DNA of 61,139 nucleotides, the filler included, from Sluysia triapertura (lineage: Eukaryota): NCBI GenBank assembly GCA_046118255.1. It is 5 parts of 5 records of this genome, joined end to end, with 100 filler letters (N's around TTAATTAATTAA, not from the genome) between each part and the next. Parts side by side here need not be neighbours in the genome. Positions count along the whole stretch, not along the records: positions 48,424 to 61,139 come from JBJNIA010087465.1; 4 more parts are not named here. The stretch is one strand, 5' to 3'. Positions within the stretch are counted from its first letter, which is position 1. Every line of letters begins with the position of its first letter. The translations under genes and the position numbers were made by a program. Under the pieces are notes generated by a model. The model ran no database searches. It saw only the letters and a program-made list of their open reading frames with translations, and was not told the origin of the DNA. Of the stretch, positions 50,971 to 61,139 are shown one piece after another.

Positions 50971-53149
50971 AAGTTGCTAAAAACATTTAGTCTAGATAAA
51001 AAATTGGTATTTGCATTTGACTTTCCTTGTCTATATTTTATTTCCTTGTTTATGTTTTATATCAACCATCTGATTAATGGGTTGATGTGTCTTATTGTTA
51101 TTAAATATTATTATTAACATTATAAAAATTAATATGGTTCCAATACCTTTAAAATAGCTTTTGGAAAAATGGCACTGAGTGTCGACAGATAAATAGACAA
51201 TTACAATTTTATATTTTTAAATAATGGAAAACAAAATTTAAATATTATATATTAATATTAATATTAATAATAATATTACTAAAAGCGGTATAACTGTGTA
51301 TATGGATTTTGTTGGATTAATTGATATTGTTTATTTTGAGTTTATCGACCAATTTTATTGAGTAATAATGAAATTCATAGTACTATTTATAGTGCCTTTC
51401 TCTATGCACGTGCATACAATTAAACTTCAAAATTGTATTTTTTGAGTTTGACCTTATAAGTTATTTTATTTGATAAGTACAATTTGTACTTAATTATTAG
51501 TAATTTAATAAGTAAATTTTTATACTTATAATTATTATAAGATCTCCAGGCCTTTAAAATTCTTATTATTATATGTATTATTATTTATAATATTTATATT
51601 ATTATATTATCATTATAATGTATTTAGATTTTAATTATGCAATTATTATTATATAATGTATAATATAATAATAATATTATTATTCATTTTATGGAATATT
51701 AGTTTTGGTACTCTTGTTCAATTATTTATTGTTATTTGAAAACCTCCCTTTTATTAAACATTATCGCTCTTTTCAAGAGTTATTTTAAATAAGCTCGTAA
51801 ACGATATTTAAATTTCACAAAAATCCGTTCCTATAATTCATAAAATCACTTTTCAAGTCCTATTTTAAGAAAATACGTAAAATAGGAATATTACAAGAAA
51901 GAATACAACACGTATTTATGAAAGTGTTTTAGAATGTTAAGAGTTTGCCCACTAGACATTCTTGTTAGTCAGCATCCAACTTCAGTAATTAAACAAAGAT
52001 TCGTTTGCAAAAATCTAGTATACAAGCAATTTCGAAAGAATTGAATGGTAGACGAATTTACTAACTTTCTGTACAAGTTAAATACTTAAATATTCCAGTA
52101 ATTTGACATGTTTTGGTAAGTGGTTGTATATTTTTGAAACATAAACGATATACAACAAATCATCTAGTGTATTATCACTGTGGATTCTGCATAGATTATT
52201 ATTATGTCTTGATTTATTTATCTTGATTTTCAAATGTTTTATTATTTATAAGAAATATTCAGGACTTCCTTATTGTGTTTCGTGTACGGTAGTAGCTTCT
52301 AACTTCAACCCTTTAAACAATAAAAATAACTTCCGAACCTCATTCGAAAATTTTTCTTTTATTGCACATTTTCAATCATTGTACATTTTCAATCATTTAT
52401 TCATTATTAAGTAAGCAAGTATGAGTAATTTAAATTTTATTCAGTGGAAACCGAAATAGGAAGTTAAAAAATTATTAATTTCTTAATATTGCAAATGGTA
52501 AATATAGAGTAACAAGGTAGATAAAATCAGTTTTAATAAGAATTCAATATTATTTCATACAATCATGTATTATGACACTTATCCCAATGGATATCCCAAT
52601 TAATTTATACAAATAAACTTCTAACCTATGTCTGTTTGAATCTGAAACTTTTCTTGTTCTAAGTTATTTGAACCAGAATAATTTGTGTAATAATAATAAT
52701 AACAATAACAATAATAATAATAATAATATTAATGTAGCACACAAACTGAAACTGATTTGTAATGAAAACAGACTGAATTAACTTTTATTGATTATTCATA
52801 ACACCCAAACTAAATTTAACTGAATTGATTTTTACTGATCACATATTTGTAAATACAACAATTATTGATTAATTTTTAATTATACTTATTGTTAATTTTT
52901 GCAATTGGATTTTTATTTTGGATTTTTAATAAAAGTAATTTTTTGATTATTGACTATTTAAAATTTTGACTATTAATTTAATTATTTAAAAATATTTATC
53001 TAATGTGGTTTATAAAAATTATCTATTTTTAATTTTTAATTCTTAATTTTGTTTTATGTTTTTAATTTTATTTTCAATTCGGTCAATAACGATCACCTTA
53101 TTGTTGAATCTTTTAAAATATTCGAATTCCCTCTCTTTGCAGCGCTTTA

Positions 53150-53400
53150 TTCTTCGTAACTCAGTAATCTCAGAATCAAACCAAAATTTTCATTAATACC
53201 AAATTTTTGCATTTTGCTTCTTTAAATAAAAGGATAATGTTATGTTGTATAAATTGCTCAACGTATCTACATCGTCTGTAAAATGTATTATTTTTTCACA
53301 TTTTCTCACCTCTTTAATATCATTGTTTTGCAAGAAATGTGTGAGAATAAAGCTATTTAAAATATAAATGGTGAGTCCACCAACGTATTGGGCTTACCAA
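53150..53400 (-). mobile_element. Degenerate L1/Tx1-like reverse transcriptase fragment
   Basis: FLQNNDIKEVRKCEKIIHFTDD resembles 'n..IkGi...k...yADD'. Confidence 0.4.
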
Positions 53401-55098
53401 TTTAATGGCCAACCGTTGGATTTAAAACTATTTATCAAAAATCTGGTGTAACAATTTATTATCTTAATATTTTAGGAGGTCTGTTCTTTTTAGGATTTTA
53501 TAAATTTTAATTAGTTTAAAAACAATATAATCGGAGAGTTTAATTAGATTCGTTTATACGAACCTTTTAATTTTAATATTTTAATTAGGTTCAGTGAAAA
53601 TGAACCTGTCAATTATTTTGATACGATTCGCAAAGGAACCAATACTTGATTTAATATTACAATAAAGGTTTAAAAATGAAATTTTTTATTAACTGCAAAA
53701 GACGTGTATGGTACAAATAATAAAAATAATATAATATTAAAATAGATTATTTTCGTAAATAATCTGGATAAAATAAATTTTTGTGGAATAGTTTAATACT
53801 CTATCTATAAATGATAGCGGCAAGATTTAAAATAGATTTTAAGTCTTATTTTAAAGATGCAATGTTAAAAATTGCTAATAAACTTATAGAAAAAACTAAC
53901 GAGAATGATACAAAATGGATCCAAAAAATTTCCTTGAATAATTGTTGATTGTACAATCCTTTAGCAAAAGCTCCTTCGAATTAAAAATTAACCACTTGAG
54001 AAGATACAAAAATTTGCAAACAAAAAATTGTGTTAAAACGCTTAAGTCTGAAGCCTTTTATAGATATTTTAAATGTCCTTGAAGTTATTTTTAGTCATTT
54101 AGATAACAAGATAAATAAAACAAAAATAATTTTAGTTGTTAATTTTAATAATATTTACAATTTTTAAAATTAATGTTAATAATAATATTCACAATAATAA
54201 ATATCAATTTTAACAATAATAATTTTTAAAATAATATTAACCTGGATGACGATAAATAAATTATAGATTATTTCCAAATTGCTGAATTAAATATTATAAA
54301 TTAATTATAAATTTTCCAAATTAATTTAGTACTTAAATTTTTAATAAATTATTACTTTAAAAATGAATATAATCTAATTTAAACTTTAGTATTATGTATA
54401 TTTAATGTGCTGAACTTTGATAGTGTACCAAACTTTGATCTTAATATAATCTTGATATATTCTACAGTTTGATAAGATTCTATATTCAATCTTTGTATAT
54501 CAAACACAATTTGTAATCTTAAATTCTTATTTAAAAGTAAATAAATAATGATCAGATATATCTAATAGTTCCTTCACTTTTATATCAGTAACAATATTAC
54601 TATTAATATTAATTATTAATAAATCTAATTCATTTTCCACATATTTTAAATAATAAAAATTAAAACACTCCCTATGTATGGATCTTCTTTCATTTTGTAA
54701 ACTTCATTTAAGCATCCTTTGATAGTCGTGCCGACAATAACCTGGTACTTTATTATGTACATAACACAAAAACTTGATTAATGATCAATAAATAGTTTTC
54801 TCTACTCTAATCGGCTTCTCACATTAAGATAACAAAATAAATAAAAATGAATTTAACTTTAGTTCTTAGAATTTAACTAATTTTCAGTTATTCACATTCA
54901 ATTTTCAACAAATCATTCTATAGACACTTCAAATTCATTTCATATTCAATTTATTATCATTCTACAATTCAACATGCCATATTTAATAATTAATTAAAAT
55001 TTGACTTTGTTTATTATTTAGACTTTCTTACATTAACTCAGTCAAACACGTAGCATTTCGCATTCAAACGTTATTTATAAAAATGTATTTTTCTTTAA

Positions 55099-55345
55099 CC
55101 CTTTGTGGTCCTCTGTCGAGGCAGCCCCGACGCTAATTTAACTTAAACATTGAAACGTTTACGTAATCTACTATATATACGAAAAGATGTTTACATTTCG
55201 TATTCTTATTTGCACATTGCGCAGACCACTATATTTCTAGCTACGGTTTTACTAGAAAATCCATCAAGTGCTGGAGTAAGATGTTTTTTTGGCTGTTTGA
55301 AGTCACGATAGTTAATAGTTACATACTCCATATAAAAAGAGGGAA
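55099..55345 (+). mobile_element. piggyBac remnant (left end plus transposase fragment)
   Basis: TTAA-CCC terminus, and ADHYISSYGFTRKSIKCWSKMFFWLFEVTIVNSYIL matches the piggyBac motif after the third catalytic Asp. Confidence 0.85.
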
Positions 55346-56362
55346 CATGATGGTCTGCAACATTTTATATTATATAAATATTACATGAATATAGCATAAA
55401 CTTAATTAAATTAATAATAAATAATTTAAATTCGATTTGAATATATTTTTGTTAGTCAGGCGTTTATGAAAATTTTAAAAAAGGCTAATTAAGTTTTAAT
55501 TAAGATTTTAATTAGTCTATTTTTAGACTTCATCCAATTTCCTGATTAAAGTTTTTAAATTAGATATTTTATAAAGCACTCAAAGGTTCTAGGTGCTTTT
55601 ACCTTATTCTATTTCTCATTAATATTAATAACAATATTATTAATAACAATAATCTGTAATACCTATTTAACATTGTTATTTTAATAGTTTTAAGATTTAG
55701 TACGTCATGAAGTTTTCACACCATATCAGAAAAGATTTAGTACTATTATTATAAATAAAGTAGAAACCAATTAATTAAGTCTTTCATTTATAAGCAATAA
55801 AGTAGTAATTGTACGTTTTCTTTATTTGTAATTTTAAATTTATTGTAATACATAAAATAAGCAAATGTTCTGCTTGCGTACAGAAGAAAACAGATTTTTT
55901 TAAGAAAAATTTACACTGAATCTTACCATGATAAATTACTGCAAACTGAAATATGAAAAAAATACATTAGTGAATGAAAATTTACAAAAGAAATTTATTT
56001 ATAAAACTTTCGATTAAAAATAATACATGAAATATATTTTCAAAATTGTAATTAAAAAACGAATATTTATTTTTTCAAAATTGTTTTTATATATTACATC
56101 AAAAGTAATTAGAATGATATTTTTTGTATATACAAATATCAGTTTTATATAAAAAATAAAATAAATTTTTCAATTTTTAAAGCCATTTAATATATTGTTT
56201 AAATACATTAAAATTAAGAATATTATGTAATGCTTAATCAAAATTAAAAAAAACAAAATAAAATGTCATTATTAGATTAAAATATTAATGCTTTACCAAT
56301 AGTATCATCACGATTTTATTAATTGAAAAAGCACATAATTTTTATTATTTTCATTACTGTAT

Positions 56363-57181
56363 TTAAGCAAATAAAATGGCTATTACTGCACTAGAATCAG
56401 CAAAAGCACCATCATCAAACTTTTTCACATTATAAATATCACACTTAAAAAATATTAACGTTGAATGTTCTATTTTGAATCTAACAGCCACATATGGCTT
56501 TTGATAATTACTTTGTCTTAAAAATGGAAAGTAAACATTAGAAAAAAAGCCTTCGTTGCGTTGATTTGGAAAATATTCAATACTTTTTACCATAGAACTG
56601 GAATATTTATAATCATGTATATCACACTTTAATGTTGGTCCACTAAACTTTTTATCGATTATATCGGGCACGTAGCCGTAGATATTATTTACAGTAAAGT
56701 AAGTACAAATATAACCTTTTTTATACTCCGCTAAAGGATTTTTACATGGTCCAAAATTATCCAAATCGAAATAACAAGGATTTTTAGGATCATTATTCGT
56801 TGAATTAACAATGTTACATTGTGATGGATTTTTATTAGTGGCACTTGGTATTTGTAATTTTTTGATATCACTTACTAAATTAGTTGCAACCGTTTCATCA
56901 TACAGAATAGCACTAGATCGTTTATGACCGACTGGAATGTAATTTAAACTTGGTGTTAAACGTAACAAATTCATAGATCCTGTCAAATAAGGTTTGTCGT
57001 CTTTAACACAAATCAGTACAAATAATTGTGTTAATCCAATTAAAAGTATGGCTAAATAACCGAAAAATATCACATAGAATATTATTATTTTTAACCAACT
57101 GTTACATTGACGACCCAGAATAGTTTTCGTTTCTGGATTGTATATTAGTTTTACTTTACTTTCCGCAATACTTTTTTGCAT
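56363..57181 (-). CDS. ATP1B: Na+/K+-ATPase beta subunit, intronless
   Basis: IYNPETKTILGRQCNSWLKIIIFYVIFFGYLA N-terminal/TM signature, six ectodomain cysteines in three-disulfide spacing, and YFPFLRQSNYQKPYVAVRF. Intact 272-aa ORF. Confidence 0.93.
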   Translation of the reverse strand: MQKSIAESKVKLIYNPETKTILGRQCNSWLKIIIFYVIFFGYLAILLIGLTQLFVLICVKDDKPYLTGSMNLLRLTPSLNYIPVGHKRSSAILYDETVATNLVSDIKKLQIPSATNKNPSQCNIVNSTNNDPKNPCYFDLDNFGPCKNPLAEYKKGYICTYFTVNNIYGYVPDIIDKKFSGPTLKCDIHDYKYSSSMVKSIEYFPNQRNEGFFSNVYFPFLRQSNYQKPYVAVRFKIEHSTLIFFKCDIYNVKKFDDGAFADSSAVIAILFA

Positions 57182-57540
57182 TGATATTTTGTGATCGATT
57201 TGTTAAAAATTATTTTTGTAATAACATTTATTATTAGCAAACACATTTTTGAGATTATACTGAGTTATACTGAATTATCATCATCAGTAACACAAGTAAT
57301 ATAAAATAAATAATTAAATGAACTTTTATGTGACCTTTTCTTGGTTGCTGGTTGTACATTTTTTTGTACCATGTAACCTATCACAGTACTTTATTATTGT
57401 ACTTTTTGTTTGAGCATTTTTCACTTTATAAATGACCATTTTGAATTATGAATATTAAACTATAATATTTATGAACTACATTATAAGTTATAAATCATTT
57501 ATTTTGACTTTAAAATTTTCTAATATTTTTCTAATATGTA

Positions 57541-58054
57541 CAGTGGTGACCAAATTATTAGACTAAAACAGGAAGAATATGTTTTTCTTTGGTTTTCTTA
57601 ATATTTGCTCTCGTAAGACATGAATCCCATAGAAAATCTGTGGAGGTTGTCAAAAGGACGGAACTTATTGAAACCCTGATAAAAGTATGCCATCACGATG
57701 ACGAGATCAAAGACTTGTGCCCCAACTCTTTAAGGATCAGGAAATTAATGGATAACAAAGAAGGGCAAATAAGGTAGTGATACAACAACAGTTTGTACAT
57801 ATTTGATTTATAGTAAATTGTGTTATCACATTCTACATGAATAAAATTTCTGTATGTTTTGGATCTGTATTTTTATCTATTATTTTACTTTCAGCAGAAT
57901 TTCTTTTGGAGAAATTAGTTATTTTCCAACTTTTTATATTTTCCATGACAATGTTTTTATACACTTTTGATTAATAGTTTCGTAGTATCCTTGAAAAATG
58001 TTGAATTTTATCACAAAAATTGTTGTCTCTAGTTTAATAAATTGGCCGCCACTG
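57541..58054 (+). mobile_element. Internally deleted Tc1 element with both TIRs and TA TSD
   Basis: TA-CAGTGGTGACCAAATTATTAGACTA ... TAGTTTAATAAATTGGCCGCCACTG-TA. Internal DMNPIENLW and C-terminal RIRKLMDNKEGQIR. Confidence 0.9.
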
Positions 58055-59519
58055 TATTAGAATCATTCATTGACGTTTTCCACAGTTTATTATTGATTTA
58101 ATTTGAGATATTTTACGAAAATAATTAATACGATAGTTGAATCAATGGAACCTTGAGACAAATTTATACGGTTTTGCATAGCTTATTCGAGATACAACTG
58201 AACGATCGACTATGCAAAGATGTGCAAAGTCATTTGAAGAATGTTTATATACTTCCTCTCGGTCACAAGTTCATTTTCGAATTAGTCATCCACTTTGAAT
58301 CGAAAACGAACAATTTGTATTTTAAAGAAAATTTCATTTCGTCCAATCAAACCAAATCGTTGTTCTTTTGTATGAAGTTAATATTCGTATCTCTTAATAT
58401 TGTGGTCTATCAGAAATTCAGTTACATGCACGTCTACGATGTACAATGAAACAGTATTAAGATAATAGACCAATTCAGTTTCTAATAATATAATAGAAGT
58501 TTCCATCTACTCCTATTGGATGATGACTAGTTTGTAAATTAGAATCAGTTTAGTGTGCACTATTATCAAGTCAATGTCTTTTCGAATTTTGTACCTTTTA
58601 ACTAATATGTAATACATGCACATAATCTTCACTAATACATTACATGTATGCCAAAGAAATATGAATTTGATTTAGGATAGCCAATTAACATTTGATTTGG
58701 TTACTAGATTAGATTAATCCATAATCTAATTGTCAGCCATGTTGGCTTGATTCATATGAAACAAAATTATTACTATTATTATTACTATTATTATTGTTCA
58801 GCTCTGTATTAGGTTTAGTATTTTCTATCTTTTTTTCGATAATGACAGTTTGTACTTTTTCATTTTTTAGTGCCTTGTCTTCTTTATTCTTCGTATTTTC
58901 TACAATTTCAATTATACTTTAAATCATTGTATTTGATTTTTCATTTAGAGCCAATATTCCTTGTGCATCATAATCTTGTATATTTTCACATTTACAAATT
59001 TTGAACATTTGCTAAATATTTGGAATACTTGATAATTTCATTTGGAATATCAAATGTATTTCTAATTTAAAAAGTTCTTTAGAAACTTCATCCGCATTCT
59101 GACTACTGTTTCGTTTAGCTGTTCAGATTGTAAAAGAAAAAGATAAATTGTAGAAGCAGAGTATGGGAGCTAATGAAAGAAATATAGATTAAATGTTTAT
59201 ATATTAATATATATTTAGGTTATTGTTCTGCCTGTGTGTAGGAGTTGTGTGATGTTTTGTTGATGTTATGAATCGTCAAAATGTGAAAAGTATTTGAAGG
59301 GATCTGGGATATATAACGATAGAAATGGTCCTGTGAAATACATCTGAGATTGTAATTCTAAGATCAGTCTCAAAAACGTCTGAAGTTTAATTCTTTAAAT
59401 AAATACCGTTAAGAATCTCCGAACGTGATAATCTTGATTCGACAATGCTACTGTTATTTCAGAAATTATATTAGTAATAATTCGTAATTAAACATATATC
59501 CCGTGCAGCAGGATTATAT

Positions 59520-60060
59520 CAGGGGTGAACTATAGGGGGCTCGCGCGAGCCCTTTATTAAATTATACTATGATTTGCGAGCCCCTTGTTCTTGGAAAACC
59601 TGTTTAATGTATGTTATCCTGAAACATGGAATATGGAAGAAGTTACATGTCCATGGCCAGAAGGAGAGAACTTTGAATTTTATTTTGAAAAATGAAATTA
59701 AAATAAATGATTTTAGAGATTTGGTAGAAAACGCACTGACTGGAATATGGGCGTATGGTTAGAGTTATGAACTATAAAATTGAATTTTAAAAAGATTTTA
59801 AGTATTTGTTCAAGTTTTACTCTCTTTAAGGGCTTAATTTCATTAGGGACGCCCATTTTGTAACCTAAATTTTCTATGCAATGGATGTAAGTGAATGATG
59901 TTTTAGTTTCTTCAAGTACTATTTCTAAATTAAATTCTAACTCAGTAGGATGATTCCTATGTATATAATATACTACATTTAATCTTAAGAAATTTCTTTC
60001 TAATTTTGAAGTTGGTCTAATTTTAATAAAATTACAGAACATAAAGGAATTTCTTAATTT
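59520..60060 (-). mobile_element. hAT-like element end with transposase C-terminal remnant
   Basis: CAGGGGTG terminus; 16-bp palindrome GGGCTCGCGCGAGCCC (59537-59552) partly repeated at ~59576; RLNVVYYIHRN...NLEIVLEE resembles the hAT dimerisation tail. Confidence 0.45.
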
Positions 60061-60199
60061 ATCAAAAGAATGTGAGGATTTATATTGTTTATTAAGGTCT
60101 AGTTCAACCTTATCTGTAAAGTTTGAAATTATTTTTATAAAATTAATACTTCTCTGTTTAAATATTAAAAAGAAAATAATATCCAGATTTATTGTGTAA

Positions 60200-61093
60200 T
60201 TAAAACTTATAATTAAATTGAAAAAATAATTTGTCTATAACCATTGTCCACGAAACTCCGACGCAATATTTTCTGAAAACCCGTCGTTGCATATCATGAA
60301 TCCGTAGCACTTTAATAATGACTAAAAAATAATTATTTAAATACAAAAATTTACAACTTACATAATCATATTTGATTATAATTGCACACATAAATTTACT
60401 AGATAACTTAACATGTTCATTGAAGGTCCAATTATTGTCATGTTTCTGCATCATTATAGAAATATATAATATCGACTGATAAGGTAGTAATCCGTATCCA
60501 AAAGAGAAATTCACGAGAAAAATTTGAATAAAACTGAGATTATCTAGTGTATTGTTGTACCAACTTGAGTCTCTTACGTTGCTTGCCATTAACTTATGAA
60601 TAATACTTTGAGAATATGGTTTCATTGAATTAACTTGAATAAAAATTTTGGGTACATCATGATGTTTGAATCTGCAAAAACGATCAACACAATTTCTGTC
60701 GACAGTAAAGTGATTTGTTCGAAATTCCAAAATTTCCATATATACACTTGCATAGCCAATCGTCCGAATTTCCGACACTTTATCAAGGCCATTGGTATAT
60801 TCTACAACACAAATGTACGAGAAACCATGTGGTTCTGAAAACATCACCTTTGCCAGCAAACCACTTTGTATCCGAACTCTACACTGAGCACACGAACACC
60901 AAATAAACACAGAGTTGTTGGAATTGAAATCATCAATCGGATGGTTATAATGTATCTTGATAGTCCATTGATTTTCCAAATACATTATTTGTTGATACTG
61001 TATAACATAAATAAAAAATGATGTTACTTCATTGATACGAATGTTACAAATATGTTGAACATTTAACCTCTTGTCGCCCGAATTAATTTTCAA
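60200..61093 (-). CDS. Orphan ORF or large exon (~260-297 aa), function unknown
   Basis: About 300 stop-free codons in very AT-rich DNA is unlikely by chance; cysteine-rich, with hydrophobic segments in the distal half. No family confidently recognised. Confidence 0.5.
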   Translation of the reverse strand: MKINSGDKRLNVQHICNIRINEVTSFFIYVIQYQQIMYLENQWTIKIHYNHPIDDFNSNNSVFIWCSCAQCRVRIQSGLLAKVMFSEPHGFSYICVVEYTNGLDKVSEIRTIGYASVYMEILEFRTNHFTVDRNCVDRFCRFKHHDVPKIFIQVNSMKPYSQSIIHKLMASNVRDSSWYNNTLDNLSFIQIFLVNFSFGYGLLPYQSILYISIMMQKHDNNWTFNEHVKLSSKFMCAIIIKYDYVSCKFLYLNNYFLVIIKVLRIHDMQRRVFRKYCVGVSWTMVIDKLFFQFNYKF

Positions 61094-61139
61094 ATCTAAT
61101 AAAAAATTTTTTATAATTTTTATTACTCAAAAACAATCA

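Overview
Very AT-rich, intron-containing eukaryotic DNA. The transposon repertoire and composition suggest an invertebrate, possibly a triclad flatworm (inference only). The window is not one locus: four artificial 100-bp linkers (N44-TTAATTAATTAA-N44) join five unrelated contigs (1-11149, 11250-23524, 23625-36746, 36847-48323, 48424-61139). Host genes I can support: two exons of an ABCC/MRP-type transporter, a three-exon Ig-like single-pass receptor with an ITIM-like tail, an intronless Na+/K+-ATPase beta subunit, and degenerate fragments of lysyl-tRNA synthetase and an SRSF1-like RRM. Several orphan ORFs remain unassigned. Most of the rest is transposon debris: Tc1, mariner, pogo, piggyBac, hAT, Gypsy, LTRs and non-LTR elements. 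Most notable signals: (i) a dispersed and locally tandem tRNA-Ala-like repeat, two copies of which are 5'-truncated at exactly the same base (|ATCGAA) and fused to retroelement 3' ends, one NeSL-like and one possibly Tx1-like, suggesting site-specific retrotransposition; (ii) a two-tier hairpin with compensatory substitutions in four diverged LTR-like repeats; (iii) a pre-miRNA-sized hairpin upstream of a decayed, unidentified long ORF. All protein assignments come from motif recognition by eye, not database searches.
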